A DNA stretch of 64,000 nt from Candidatus Poribacteria bacterium (GCA_965116925.1 OZ220744.1:5344001-5408000), one strand, 5' to 3'. Shown: positions 9,823 through 20,395, counted from the stretch's first letter. The notes: generated by a model not told the origin, from the sequence alone. Translations and numbers: made by a program.

Positions 9823-10797
9823 TCACAAAGCCTCTGTGATGAGGGAATATAGTTTCGGGACGGTGCGATCAAAATCCCCAGAGATATGGTAACCCTCACC
9901 ACCATCCTTCACAGTGCGGACCAGGATTGTCTTCTTAGGTCGGTGGTAGTAGTGGGCGTCTGTTGGACTGCCCTCCTCCCGGAAATCGGAAAATTCAATC
10001 AGATCAAAGTTAGCTGTAGTAAAATGCCGGATCTCTTCACCGCGTTGCGCGGCGATGTTTCGAGCCATCGACAGACTTTTGAGATAGACCTCCGGTCCCA
10101 TCACCGCAGACCCTAAGTTAAGAAACACGCCTCCCTCCAATTTCGATACACTGTAAGCAAAGCGCAGGAAGTCTTCACCGGTTGTGTAGCCCATCGCAGC
10201 GTAATCGGCAGCGGGGTGTTGGTCGATGATGTCGTACCCGATCCCTTTATGCACGGTCATCGGAATCTCTAAACGATATGCTGCTGCAAACATGCTGATC
10301 TCTCGGTGCGGAAATTTAACGCCAGCCTCTCCATTTTGAATGAGACGACCGATCGCCTCGCCGAAGCCGATTTTGTCGTGATAGCCGCGGACGATTGCTT
10401 CGTTGATGTAACGTCCCGTCTCCTCCCAGTTGCCAAATTTTCCATCCCAGATATACCGTTCTACATCCTCCAGCGTCGCACCGATTAGAGCAAGCTCAAA
10501 ATCGTGGATCGCACCGGCACCGTTTGTTGCCAGATGTGTGAGGATACCGCGTTCCATCAAATCGATGATATATCGTGAATTGCCCCGTCGCATGACGTGT
10601 GCCCCCATCATCCATATCACCTGTTTCCCCGCCTGATGGGCTTGAATTATCCGATCCGCCACTATTCGCAAATGGTCGTTTTCATACGGCGGCGTCTCCG
10701 CGTCTAGCGGGTAGATATCCGCAACGGTCATTTTATGTTCCCGTTTAGCTAACGGTAGAATCTGTAACCGCCTCCGATCCAATTTTGGATACACCAC
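9823..10797 (-). CDS. deoxyhypusine-synthase-like (DHS-like NAD/FAD-binding fold) conserved protein
   Basis: MGAHV, HLATNGAGAIHDFE, NLGSAVMGPEVYLK, ANFD motifs. Confidence 0.6.
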   Translation of the reverse strand: MVYPKLDRRRLQILPLAKREHKMTVADIYPLDAETPPYENDHLRIVADRIIQAHQAGKQVIWMMGAHVMRRGNSRYIIDLMERGILTHLATNGAGAIHDFELALIGATLEDVERYIWDGKFGNWEETGRYINEAIVRGYHDKIGFGEAIGRLIQNGEAGVKFPHREISMFAAAYRLEIPMTVHKGIGYDIIDQHPAADYAAMGYTTGEDFLRFAYSVSKLEGGVFLNLGSAVMGPEVYLKSLSMARNIAAQRGEEIRHFTTANFDLIEFSDFREEGSPTDAHYYHRPKKTILVRTVKDGGEGYHISGDFDRTVPKLYSLITEAL

Positions 10798-10876
10798 AAG
10801 TCTATATCCCCCTGATTGCTAGTACACTGTCAGACAAATTATGATTGTCTATATGGATTGAGACTCATAATACTTC

Positions 10877-10902
10877 GTAGGGGTCGGGTCACCCGACCCC
10901 CT
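10877..10902 (+). repeat. GTAG-type REP-like palindrome
   Basis: GTAGGGGTCGGGT-C-ACCCGACCCC. Confidence 0.7.
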
Positions 10903-10932
10903 TGTTGTATGCAAAACTTATATGACTGAGCA

Positions 10933-11889
10933 CTAGCCAAACACAGAATACGGCAGCGGTTCTCCCTGTAATCCAGCCAAGAGATTCTCAGCCGCCATCG
11001 TTGCCATCCGTGTGCGGGTCTGTAACGTTGAACTACCCAGATGCGGGAAGATGAGAGCGTTGTCAAGTGTCAACAGTGGATCGTCCGTCGGGATAGGCTC
11101 TGGGTCTGTTACATCGAGTGCGGCCCGTGCGATCTCCCCGGTCTTTAATGCCTCGTACAGTGCCGCTGAATCCACCACCGGTCCCCGCGCAATATTTACA
11201 AGGATTGCTGTGGGCTTCATCTTTTTGAACTCTTCCGTACTAATCAGATGGTGAGTCTCTGGCGTCATCGGAACGTGCAAGGTGATAAAGTCAGATTCTT
11301 CGAGTACGCGATCAAAAGTAGCATACTCAATGCTCAACTCCGCTTCCCAATCTTCGCGGCGAGTCCGCTTATAATACAGAACCCGCATATCGAATCCTAA
11401 CGCCCTTTTGGCAACCTCATAACCGATTCTACCCATGCCGATGATGCCGAGCGTTGCGTGATGCACGTCGTATCCGTGGAAGATATTTGGATCGTAGCAT
11501 GTCCAACGCTTTTCCTGGACGTAGACACTAGCGGGGCAAAGATGTCGTGCCGCTGCAAGGAGTTGCGCGAAGGTCGTATCAGCGGTAGTTTCGCTTAACA
11601 CGCCGGGCGTATTGCCAACTGCAACGCCTTGTGCTTTCGCAGCCTCTGCGTCAATGTGATTATATCCGACACCGACGTTGGAGATTACCTTAAGATTTGG
11701 CGCGCTAGCGATCATCTCTGCTGTTACGGGTTCGTGGCTATAAGTGACTAGCCCATCAAGCCCCGGCAACCGCTCCGCAGTCGGGGGTAGAATTTCGCTC
11801 GTATGCCATATATCAACTTCACATTCTACCTCAATCATTGCCAAGGCTTTTTCTGGGATCGGACGGGTAATAAAAATTTTCGGCTTCAA
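10933..11889 (-). CDS. gyaR: D-2-hydroxyacid dehydrogenase (glyoxylate reductase / D-glycerate dehydrogenase)
   Basis: GVGYNHID, NTPGVL, GIIGMGRIG, NIARGPVVD, ALDVTDPEP, PHLGS. Confidence 0.88.
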   Translation of the reverse strand: MKPKIFITRPIPEKALAMIEVECEVDIWHTSEILPPTAERLPGLDGLVTYSHEPVTAEMIASAPNLKVISNVGVGYNHIDAEAAKAQGVAVGNTPGVLSETTADTTFAQLLAAARHLCPASVYVQEKRWTCYDPNIFHGYDVHHATLGIIGMGRIGYEVAKRALGFDMRVLYYKRTRREDWEAELSIEYATFDRVLEESDFITLHVPMTPETHHLISTEEFKKMKPTAILVNIARGPVVDSAALYEALKTGEIARAALDVTDPEPIPTDDPLLTLDNALIFPHLGSSTLQTRTRMATMAAENLLAGLQGEPLPYSVFG

Positions 11890-12107
11890 TGATGATACCT
11901 CCTGCGTGAAACGCTATAGGTGATGAATGATACGAAGCAACTCGCTATAAACCAACCGTGAACCGGGAATTTTATGTAAACCTATTTTAGGACGGGACAA
12001 ACTGCCTGACTTCAGTTCTGTAATTTGATGGATGCCAGAATCCTGAGACCTGACAGACCCCGTGCGTGAACAACATCTCCTCTCGGGTGCCCTCCCCCTC
12101 TAAAAGG

Positions 12108-12135
12108 TTGACAATGCAACGGAAACGGCTATAAT
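12108..12135 (+). promoter_or_regulatory. sigma70-type promoter
   Basis: TTGACA, 16 bp spacer, TATAAT. Confidence 0.55.
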
Positions 12136-12240
12136 ATAGCCTAGAGGACTCGATGCGGTCTTTGCTCACCGATTGTATCAAATATTATAATCCACAAGAA
12201 ATGTATTCTCAAGAGGTTTCTGTCTTCGCTAGCCCTCCCT

Positions 12241-14223
12241 ATGAAAAACGGTATAAGTCCGAAAGAAATTGCATTGCCCCCCCAAGCCCAACAACCACAG
12301 ATTCGTTGGAACGTGATCTGGCTAGGTCTAGGACTCATCTTTATCAACAACTACTGGTTATTTGCGATGTTGCGGTGGGAACAGGGCCTCCCAACGACCA
12401 TGTCGCTTTTCTTCAATGTGATTTTTATTTTTGTGTTTGTGGTGGTGGTGAACTTTGGGCTCATTCGGTTTTCGCCGAACTTGGCATTAACGCAGGGCGA
12501 ATTGTTGACGCTCTATGCAATGCTCTCCATCGCCTCCGCAATCGGCGGGCATGACCTGTTCCAAGTCGTTGTCACCAATATCGCGGTCGTCGGCTGGATG
12601 TCAAACGAGGAAAACGAATGGGCGACACTGTTTCACCACTACCTCCCTGATTGGCTAGCACTGACTGACAAAAAAAGTATCACACCCTATTTCGTTGGGG
12701 ACTCCAGTCTTTATCTCCCGGAAAATCTTCGGTTATGGTGGCAGCCCGTCCTTGCATGGTCTGGATTTATCATCGTCCTCCTTTTCACCGCTTTCTGCAT
12801 CAACGCCATCCTGCGGAAACAGTGGATTGAAGCGGAACGGCTCAGCTATCCAATCATCGAGCTCCCGCAGCAAATGACCACGACAGATTTCTTTCGGAAT
12901 CGATTAATGTGGGCAGGATTCGTTCTCGCCGGCGGCATGGATCTCATCAACGGGCTGCATTTCCTGTTTCCCATCATCCCCGGACTCGGTGGCGAATTTT
13001 TTGATCTGCGCCCATTCTTTACCACAAAACCGTGGAACGCTATCGGTTGGACACCGATCGTTATCTTCCCTTTCGCCATTGGGATGGGATATTTTATCCC
13101 CCTTGATCTCTCCTTTACCTTCTGGTTCTTCTACGTTTTCTGGAAATTTGAAATGATTATGGGGAGTGTTTTCGGTCTTCAGCATATCCCCGGTTTTCCC
13201 TTCATCTTTGATCAATCATTCGGGGTCTGTGTTGGTGTGCTGATTCTTACGCTATGGGGGGCACGGCGTCATTTGCGAACCGTGCTCGTGAGTGCATGGC
13301 GGGGGCCCTCTCCTCATAGATTTCCTAATTCGCCGGATAAGGAATCGGGACAGGTGGATCCGTCAAGTCGAGACATCGAAGCTAACGAACCAATCTCCTA
13401 TCGTACCGCTGTACTCGGACTGATTATTGGCTTCACGCTATTGGTCGGTTTTTGGGCGGTAGCAGGACTACCCCTTTGGGTCGCGTTTCTCGTTATCGTC
13501 ATCCATTTCACAACGGTAACCGTTATTACCCGTATCCGCGCGGAGTTAGGACCACCCATCCACGATCTGCGTGCCATGGGCCCCGATGTTCTACTGCCAA
13601 AGATGTTCGGTATGCGACAGCTAGGGGCAAGAAGTCTCACCCTGTTCTCACTTGTATATTGTTTCAATCGTGCCTATCGGGGCAACGCCATGCCACACCA
13701 GCTAGAGGCGTTGAAACTCGCAGAGCGAACGGGGGTGTCGTCACGCCGTGTCGGATACGCGATACTGCTTGCAGTTGTTCTCAGTCCATTGACTTCGTTC
13801 TGGTTCTCACTCCACATCGGCTACAAGTCCGGCGCGTGGGAGGTTTGGTATGGATCCATCTTTCGACGCACCCAAAGCTGGCTCACCAACCCGGCACCTG
13901 TCGACGTGCTGTCAATCTTGGCAATGTGTTTCGGGGCAGTCTTCACCTTCCTGCTCACTGCTGTGCGCACACGTTTTGTTTGGTGGCCCCTATACCCAGT
14001 TGGATATGGCATCTCCGGCACATGGGCTGTCAATTTTTTCTGGTTTTCGGTGTTCATCAGTTGGATAATTAAGTGGTGTATCCTGCGTTTTGGTGGCTTA
14101 AAGACATTTCGCAGTCTAGCACCGTTCTTCCTCGGATTGATACTGGGCGAATTTCTCGTCGGCGGGGTGTGGGCACTGATTGGTGTGGTGTTAGAAAAGC
14201 CGATGTATCGATTCATCTGGTAA
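12241..14223 (+). CDS. large multi-pass membrane protein, DUF6785/DUF6784-like putative (peptide) transporter
   Basis: ELLTLYAM, LRKQWIEAERLSYPI..LP, TRIRAELG, WWPLYPVG, PFFLGLILGE motifs; many TM helices. Confidence 0.7.
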   Translation: MKNGISPKEIALPPQAQQPQIRWNVIWLGLGLIFINNYWLFAMLRWEQGLPTTMSLFFNVIFIFVFVVVVNFGLIRFSPNLALTQGELLTLYAMLSIASAIGGHDLFQVVVTNIAVVGWMSNEENEWATLFHHYLPDWLALTDKKSITPYFVGDSSLYLPENLRLWWQPVLAWSGFIIVLLFTAFCINAILRKQWIEAERLSYPIIELPQQMTTTDFFRNRLMWAGFVLAGGMDLINGLHFLFPIIPGLGGEFFDLRPFFTTKPWNAIGWTPIVIFPFAIGMGYFIPLDLSFTFWFFYVFWKFEMIMGSVFGLQHIPGFPFIFDQSFGVCVGVLILTLWGARRHLRTVLVSAWRGPSPHRFPNSPDKESGQVDPSSRDIEANEPISYRTAVLGLIIGFTLLVGFWAVAGLPLWVAFLVIVIHFTTVTVITRIRAELGPPIHDLRAMGPDVLLPKMFGMRQLGARSLTLFSLVYCFNRAYRGNAMPHQLEALKLAERTGVSSRRVGYAILLAVVLSPLTSFWFSLHIGYKSGAWEVWYGSIFRRTQSWLTNPAPVDVLSILAMCFGAVFTFLLTAVRTRFVWWPLYPVGYGISGTWAVNFFWFSVFISWIIKWCILRFGGLKTFRSLAPFFLGLILGEFLVGGVWALIGVVLEKPMYRFIW

Positions 14224-14307
14224 ATCGGGTGTCCTACGCTTACTCCCGTTGGATTTGGCAGTCCGAATCGAGCAGGACAGAAACTTCTATCGTCCATGAC
14301 AAAACGA

Positions 14308-14336
14308 TTGCAATTCCGAAAAGCATACAGTATAAT
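14308..14336 (+). promoter_or_regulatory. sigma70-type promoter of the tatAC operon
   Basis: TTGCAA, 17 bp spacer, TATAAT. Confidence 0.6.
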
Positions 14337-14423
14337 ATCAATGTTTTAGGTCGGGGCAGCTTAAAATAGTGAGGTGCCATAGACTTTCAACGTCACAACC
14401 TTCATTTTTTAGGAGGAATCACC

Positions 14424-14630
14424 ATGCCAATTGGCCCAATGGAACTGATTATTATCCTTGTCATTGCGCTTGTAGTTTTCGGTCCCAAACGTCTACCAGA
14501 TATGGGCCGTTCACTTGGAAAAGCGATTCGAGAGTTTAGGAACGCCGGCAAAGAAATTCAGAACGATATTGTCGAATCAATTGATGAAAATGAGCGTGAT
14601 TCGACCAAATCTGCGAATAAGACGGTTTAG
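14424..14630 (+). CDS. tatA: twin-arginine translocase TatA/E
   Basis: GPMELIIILVIALVVFGPKRLPDMGRSLGKAIREFR; RBS AGGAGG. Confidence 0.95.
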   Translation: MPIGPMELIIILVIALVVFGPKRLPDMGRSLGKAIREFRNAGKEIQNDIVESIDENERDSTKSANKTV

Positions 14631-14638
14631 TTATCAGC

Positions 14639-15472
14639 ATGGCTTCTGATGCGTCGATGTCCTTTTTGGATCACCTTGAAGAACTTCGCCGACGGCTTAT
14701 CATTTCCCTGATTGCGATTGCGGTATGTGTGTTTATAAGCCTGTTGTTTACTGACACCGAACCGGCTATGAAAATCCTGAGGCGCCCCGCTGACCTCCCA
14801 CTCAACGCACAATTGGCGAATTGGATAGATCGGGGTGTGAATTCAGATGGCTCATTCATGGGGTTTCTGTCAATTGCCTTGCGGGCGAGGGCTGTGAGCA
14901 CGGTTCAGTTTAATAAAACTGGACCTGGCGAAGCTATCATGGCTTTTATCAAGATTGCTGTTACCTTCGGAGTGCTGCTTGCATCGCCCATTGTGCTCTA
15001 TCAAGTGTGGGCGTTTATTTTCCCTGCCTTAACGCAGCAGGAGAGGAAGTTTGCGCTTCCACTATTTTTAATTATCGTTTTCTTCTTCCTTATTGGCGCG
15101 ACTTTTGCCTACTTTATCGTCTTACCCGTTGTCGTCCAATTTGCCGCGGGCCTCTTCGCTGATTCGGGCGTTCAAAACCTATGGAGTTTTGATAAGTATT
15201 TGGGGGTCTTAGTCGGTCTACTACTCGCTTTCGGTGTTGCATTTGAACTTCCGATTGTTATGGCGTTTCTGTCACGAATAGGCGTTATTAACGCCCAAGG
15301 TTTTCGAGAGCGACAACGATATGCCGTCATGTTCATCTTTGTTGCATCCGCGCTGTTGACACCGGCAGATCTACTGTCTATGCTATTAATGGCGATTCCA
15401 CTTATCTTGTTATATCAACTGGGGATCTTCCTCGCCTTTCTTGCAGAACAGGAGCCTGAAAGTGATGTCTAA
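14639..15472 (+). CDS. tatC: twin-arginine translocase TatC
   Basis: MSFLDHLEELRRRL, YQVWAFIFPAL...E, FGVAFELP, LTPAD. Confidence 0.95.
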   Translation: MASDASMSFLDHLEELRRRLIISLIAIAVCVFISLLFTDTEPAMKILRRPADLPLNAQLANWIDRGVNSDGSFMGFLSIALRARAVSTVQFNKTGPGEAIMAFIKIAVTFGVLLASPIVLYQVWAFIFPALTQQERKFALPLFLIIVFFFLIGATFAYFIVLPVVVQFAAGLFADSGVQNLWSFDKYLGVLVGLLLAFGVAFELPIVMAFLSRIGVINAQGFRERQRYAVMFIFVASALLTPADLLSMLLMAIPLILLYQLGIFLAFLAEQEPESDV

Positions 15473-16238
15473 TCTCAACTTGCAGGAACAGTTACGATTG
15501 TTGTACGAGTTTCAGCAGATTGACGCTGAAATTTTGACGATAGATAATAAACTCAAGTCAATCCCACTCAAGATTAAGAGGGCAGAGGCACAGCTTCAAC
15601 TCCATCAACGAAAGGTAGAAGAAAAACAGGCGCAACTAGCTGACGCAGAAAAGTTGCAGCGCTCCAAAACAGCGGAACTTGAGATGGAGGGCGAGCAACG
15701 TAGCAAATATCAAGCACAGTTGAGGGAGGTGAAAAGCAACAGAGAATACCAAGCACTGGATAAAGAGATCAGCTTTATCGAAGTAAAAGAAGCAGAAATA
15801 GAAGATGAGATTCTATCGGCAATGTTGCAAATAGACCAGTTTAACGAAGAGCTCACCCAACAACAGAAGGAATTTGGTGCCGAGCGGGAAAAACATAACG
15901 CACAAAAAACCGCATACGAACAGGAAGCGAAAAACCTTAAAGCAGCAATTGTAAAATGGCAAGGCAAACAACAAGACTTTGCTCACCAAATTGATTCCGG
16001 GTTAATAGACCAGTATCAAGCCCGGTTCAAACGTTACCGCAAGGGACTTGTGTCACTGGTTGTTGAAAATGCGTGTGGCAATTGTCATCTCACGATTCCG
16101 CCGCAAACGCTACAGGAGGCTCGTAGATATGAGCAACTTATCCGTTGTGGAAGTTGCAGGCTCATTCTTTACATCCCATCTCCTGCTCCTGACGATGTTC
16201 CCGCCGAAGAACCCGCATCCGGTTCGAGTCAGCCCTAA
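15465..16238 (+). CDS. coiled-coil protein with C-terminal C4 zinc ribbon (DUF164/CT398-like)
   Basis: Long coiled coil, NREYQAL, CGNCH...CGSC; ATG at 15465 overlaps the end of tatC. Confidence 0.88.
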   Translation: MSNLNLQEQLRLLYEFQQIDAEILTIDNKLKSIPLKIKRAEAQLQLHQRKVEEKQAQLADAEKLQRSKTAELEMEGEQRSKYQAQLREVKSNREYQALDKEISFIEVKEAEIEDEILSAMLQIDQFNEELTQQQKEFGAEREKHNAQKTAYEQEAKNLKAAIVKWQGKQQDFAHQIDSGLIDQYQARFKRYRKGLVSLVVENACGNCHLTIPPQTLQEARRYEQLIRCGSCRLILYIPSPAPDDVPAEEPASGSSQP

Positions 16239-16491
16239 ATTTCCATCGCTGCACGCACCAAGAATTCTTTTTCCCGCCGATGTATAGCACGATAGTCCAG
16301 TCTGAACCCACCCCAATACTAGTATTAGGCGATTTGATTTTCCTGATGTACCTCCCCTACCAATGGAATATTTTTATTTGTAGCTACAAGTACTATTTTC
16401 TCATTTACACACGTTCTTATGAAACTAATTTAAAAATCTTGCGTTAGGCGCAGCATAACGATTGACTTGAAAGTTAGCTTGGAGAAGACAA

Positions 16492-17334
16492 ATGACCGTA
16501 ACAGAAAAATGGCTCATCCTTGTGGTGATACTACTCTTATCTGTATCTACCACCGGGTTATCAACAAATGCGTCAAATGCGTCTAAATCCGCCGAACCTA
16601 CAACTAAAACCAAATCTCCATTTCGTTTAAGCACTATTGTGCTCGATGCTGGACACGGGGGCAGAGACCCTGGCAACGTCGGCCCGGGACGCGAAGATGA
16701 AAAGGATATCAACTTGGTAATTACGCGTAAATTGGCATCACTGATTAGGGAAAAAACGACATACGACGTTTACCTCACCCGATCGGGAGACCGCTGGATT
16801 TCATTAGCAGACCGTGCCCATTTTGCCAATCAATTCCCAGCTAGCCAAACCTTGTTTATCAGCATCCACTGTAACTCACATCCCAATTCCCGTGTTCACG
16901 GATTGGAGAGTTATATCTTTAACTTAAAAGCGACCGATAAATTCGCAGAAGAATTAGCCAAATGGGAAAATGATGAAGAGGTCATCAGTCCCGTCGATTT
17001 TATCATCAGCAATCTATATAAAAGAGGCCTCGAAAAATATAGCTGGGAAGCCGCCCGCATTGTGCAATCTGTGCTTGTGTCGCACCTCGGTGCCCGAAAT
17101 CGGAATCGAAGTGCACCTGACAAAATGGTCAGGCGGGCACCTTTTCGCGTCCTCGTCGATACCAATATGCCAGCCCTTTTGGTCGAACTAGGATATTTAA
17201 CAAACAGAGCAGAGTATAAAAAACTCAGCTCTCCTACTTACCAAGACAAAGTGGTAAAAGCACTATTGAGAGCGATTCAGCAGTTCGATCAAGCTACACA
17301 GGATGTGAACCATATTGAGGTGCGGTTGCCTTAA
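16492..17334 (+). CDS. N-acetylmuramoyl-L-alanine amidase (Amidase_3)
   Basis: IVLDAGHGGRDPG, EKDINL, FISIHCNS, ALLVELGYLTN; signal peptide. Confidence 0.92.
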   Translation: MTVTEKWLILVVILLLSVSTTGLSTNASNASKSAEPTTKTKSPFRLSTIVLDAGHGGRDPGNVGPGREDEKDINLVITRKLASLIREKTTYDVYLTRSGDRWISLADRAHFANQFPASQTLFISIHCNSHPNSRVHGLESYIFNLKATDKFAEELAKWENDEEVISPVDFIISNLYKRGLEKYSWEAARIVQSVLVSHLGARNRNRSAPDKMVRRAPFRVLVDTNMPALLVELGYLTNRAEYKKLSSPTYQDKVVKALLRAIQQFDQATQDVNHIEVRLP

Positions 17335-17544
17335 CACGGATCTCGTCCTTGCACAGGTCCACCCACCTTGCACACTTTTTTAGTGTGGACGGATCGGAAA
17401 TTAGGAAGGAAAGTGGCGATCTGTTGGGCGATTTAGGCACCGGTGAACGACGGATCCTGTGGAGGAAAATTCGGCAGGTGAGTTGAAGTGCTAGCAGAAA
17501 AACGGAGGAAGGAAACATTATCTCAATCTTTAATCGAGAAGTTT

Positions 17545-18576
17545 TCAGATAATTTGGACACACTTTTCCCCATGGATAATCTTACCAATCAGAAATGGTG
17601 ATTCATTCGACTCTCGGAGTGAGGCAATTGCCACATCGATCTGATTCGGCGGCAGTACAAGGACTAGCCCAACTCCCATATTAAAAACATGGTACATCTC
17701 GGCTTCATCTACGCTCCCTTTCTCCTCAAGAAAGGGAAAGATTGGCGGTATCTCCCAAGTGCCCTTCCGAACCTCCGCACAGCAATTCGGAGGGAGAATG
17801 CGGACGATGTTATCTGATAACCCGCCGCCTGTAATGTGGGCGATGCCTTTAATATCGCAATGCTCCCGTAGGGCCAGAACACTCTTCACATAACTCTTGT
17901 GGCACGCAAGCAGCTCCGATCCAATCGTTGTACCGAGCTCAGGGATGTACCGATTGACTTCATAGCCACAAACCTCAAACACGATTCGTCGAGCAAGCGA
18001 AAAACCGTTTGTGTGTAAGCCAAGTGAGCCTAAACCGACCAAGCTATCTCCCGGTGCAATTCTGCTGCCTGTGATTAATTGCGACTCCTCGACCACGCCG
18101 ACAATTGTACCAGCAAGGTCATACTCACCCATGGCGTAGAGTTCCGGCAGCTCCGCGATTTCCCCGCCGATTAGCGCGCAGCCGATTTCCCGGCAACCCG
18201 CCGCCACGCCACTCACAATCTGCTCAACAACTTCAGGGTACAGCTTACTTGTGCCAATGTAATCTAGAAAAAAGAGCGGTTCCGCCCCTTGAACAAGGAT
18301 ATCATTTCCGCAGTGCGCCACAATATCAAACCCAATCGTATTGTGTCGGCCCGTCATAAAGGCAACCTTGAGCTTTGTGCCAACGCTGTCAGTGCTAGAC
18401 ACCAAGACTGGCTTTTCATACTCACCAAGTGCAAACAGCCCACCGAAATTGCCGACCTCGCTCAAGACCTCAGGACGATGGGTCGATTGAAGGAGGGGTT
18501 TTAAGCGCTTCAGGGCATCATCCTGTGCATCAATGGATACACCCGTGTTGGCGTAAGTTAATCCTTGCTCAGACAT
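17545..18576 (-). CDS. purM: phosphoribosylformylglycinamidine cyclo-ligase (AIR synthetase)
   Basis: GNFGGLF, STDSVGTK, FFLDY, GGEIAELP, HTNGFSLAR, HITGGG, FNMGVG. Confidence 0.96.
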   Translation of the reverse strand: MSEQGLTYANTGVSIDAQDDALKRLKPLLQSTHRPEVLSEVGNFGGLFALGEYEKPVLVSSTDSVGTKLKVAFMTGRHNTIGFDIVAHCGNDILVQGAEPLFFLDYIGTSKLYPEVVEQIVSGVAAGCREIGCALIGGEIAELPELYAMGEYDLAGTIVGVVEESQLITGSRIAPGDSLVGLGSLGLHTNGFSLARRIVFEVCGYEVNRYIPELGTTIGSELLACHKSYVKSVLALREHCDIKGIAHITGGGLSDNIVRILPPNCCAEVRKGTWEIPPIFPFLEEKGSVDEAEMYHVFNMGVGLVLVLPPNQIDVAIASLRESNESPFLIGKIIHGEKCVQII

Positions 18577-18925
18577 CAGAGTTGTCAGATTCCTTCCGCT
18601 TTTCCATGCGTTGATTAAACGATTCTAAGCGCCGATTATTGATGAAAGCCATTATCTTATCCATCTTTAACAGGGAAGCGACCAATACCACAATACATAA
18701 TCCAACAGTGATTAACATTGCATGCTCTGCAGCAACTTGTGGAGTAACTGTTGGACTCAGTTTTTGAACCAGCAAGATCGCCGGTTGGTACACCACTATG
18801 CCAAGAATCGCGCATAAGATGATGGCGTAAAAGGTGAATCTGCCCTGCGATGTGGATAAGCCTCGCCGGACGTTTTGAAAGGGGTGGGAAGATCCAGACC
18901 GTTCTCTTCTTAATCTGTTTTGCAT
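18569..18925 (-). CDS. hypothetical membrane protein (2 TM) between purF and purM
   Basis: ATG at 18925 with AGGAG RBS; two hydrophobic helices; stop overlaps the purM start. Confidence 0.65.
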   Translation of the reverse strand: MQNRLRRERSGSSHPFQNVRRGLSTSQGRFTFYAIILCAILGIVVYQPAILLVQKLSPTVTPQVAAEHAMLITVGLCIVVLVASLLKMDKIMAFINNRRLESFNQRMEKRKESDNSDV

Positions 18926-18961
18926 TGAATCACTCCTTTGGAATGGCTCCCGCTGCAACCA

Positions 18962-20395
18962 TTACTCCCCCTCATTCATAAAGGTAATGGGGAGTTGTGA
19001 CCTCGATTGCCCACTAAATTCAACAGGATAACTTCCATCAAAACAAGCCGTGCAAAAATCTTCGGGCGACTTCATAGACTTGAGCATGCCTTCAATGCTG
19101 AGATAGCCTAAACTATCTGCACGGATGTATTTACAGGTTTCTTCGATGGTGTGTGAACTGGCAATCAGCTCCTTGCGGGTTGGGGTATCAATACCGTAAA
19201 AACAGGGGAATTTATTCGGCGGAGAAGCGATGCGGACGTGAACCTCTGTAGCACCGCCCTGACGAAGCATCTTTACAAACTTTCGGCTCTCAGTGCCCCG
19301 CATAATCGAATCATCAACCACCACAACGCGCTTGCCTTCAAGTACATCACGAATCGGGTTTAATTTTACCTTGACCATCAGTTCGCGTACCTCTTGTGAA
19401 GGGTTCATGAAAGCACGTCCCACGTAGGAGTTTCGGTAGAGTCCCACATCAAACGGAATACCCGATTCTTCTGAATATCCCAACGCAGAAAGGGTTGCCG
19501 AATCCGGCACGGGGATGACGATGTCTGCTGCTGCGGGACACTCACGCGCCAACTGCCTACCAAGTTCACGTCTTGGGCGGTTAACGAGTTCACCGAATAC
19601 CACACTGTCCGGCCGTGAGAGGTAAATATACTCAAAGATACATTGTGACAGATGGGGTAATGTCTGCCCAAACATAAATGATTCCGGTTCCTTATCCTTC
19701 TCGGTAATAATTACCATTTCACCGGGGCTGACCTCGCGGATTGGCTCCGCTTCGATGACATCAAAGGCACACGTTTCAGAAGCGAGAACATAGGCATCGC
19801 CAGCGCGACCTAACCAGAGTGGACGGAAACCGTATATATCTCGCACACCGATCAGGATGGATTTTCCCATGAAGACAAGTGAATATGCACCGCGAATCTC
19901 TTTCAGGGCATCCAAGATACGATCTTCCAGCAGCGTCTGTCGTGAACGAGCAATGAGATGAGCTATAACCTCTGTGTCAGAAGTGGTGCTAAAAATTGAA
20001 CCAGCATCCTCAAGGTCATTGCGGATACGCTGGGCGTTCACAAGATTTCCATTGTGTGCAATAGCGAGAGGCCCCCGTTTGTATTCTCGAACCAACGGTT
20101 GTGCGTTCTGGAGGGTGCTGTGCCCGGTCGTTGAATAACGATTGTGTCCTAGCGCAAGGTCGCCCTCCAGCTTTCCCAAGGTATCCGAATCAAAGATGGT
20201 CGCAACAAGTCCCATACCGTGATGATATGTGAACAAATCGTCATCTGCAGCAACAATTCCGGCACTTTCCTGACCACGGTGCTGAAGGGCGCGTAAACCC
20301 AAGTAAGTGAATTCAACCGCTCTAGGGTGTCCCAAAATGCCGAATACCCCACATTCACATCTTGGCTTATCATCAAACGCATCGATATATTCCAT
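18962..20395 (-). CDS. purF: amidophosphoribosyltransferase
   Basis: Propeptide then ECGVFG; LQHRGQESAG, HNGNLVN, VVVDDSIMRG, CFYGID, CTACF (Fe-S type); likely ATG at 20395. Confidence 0.96.
   Translation of the reverse strand: MEYIDAFDDKPRCECGVFGILGHPRAVEFTYLGLRALQHRGQESAGIVAADDDLFTYHHGMGLVATIFDSDTLGKLEGDLALGHNRYSTTGHSTLQNAQPLVREYKRGPLAIAHNGNLVNAQRIRNDLEDAGSIFSTTSDTEVIAHLIARSRQTLLEDRILDALKEIRGAYSLVFMGKSILIGVRDIYGFRPLWLGRAGDAYVLASETCAFDVIEAEPIREVSPGEMVIITEKDKEPESFMFGQTLPHLSQCIFEYIYLSRPDSVVFGELVNRPRRELGRQLARECPAAADIVIPVPDSATLSALGYSEESGIPFDVGLYRNSYVGRAFMNPSQEVRELMVKVKLNPIRDVLEGKRVVVVDDSIMRGTESRKFVKMLRQGGATEVHVRIASPPNKFPCFYGIDTPTRKELIASSHTIEETCKYIRADSLGYLSIEGMLKSMKSPEDFCTACFDGSYPVEFSGQSRSQLPITFMNEGE

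Noticed and set aside
11985..12100. Cobalamin-riboswitch-like GAGACCTG fragment
   Set aside because: Other conserved core elements are absent and the downstream gene context does not fit
16239..16490. RNase P RNA, often found downstream of DUF164 zinc-ribbon genes
   Set aside because: No GAGGAAAGTCC or other rnpB conserved elements seen
16492..17334. Amidase as a Tat substrate because it follows tatAC
   Set aside because: The signal peptide has no twin-arginine motif
17335..17544. Intergenic segment with a CCTTGCACA direct repeat; possible RNA or IS end
   Set aside because: No recognisable family, paired terminus or second copy
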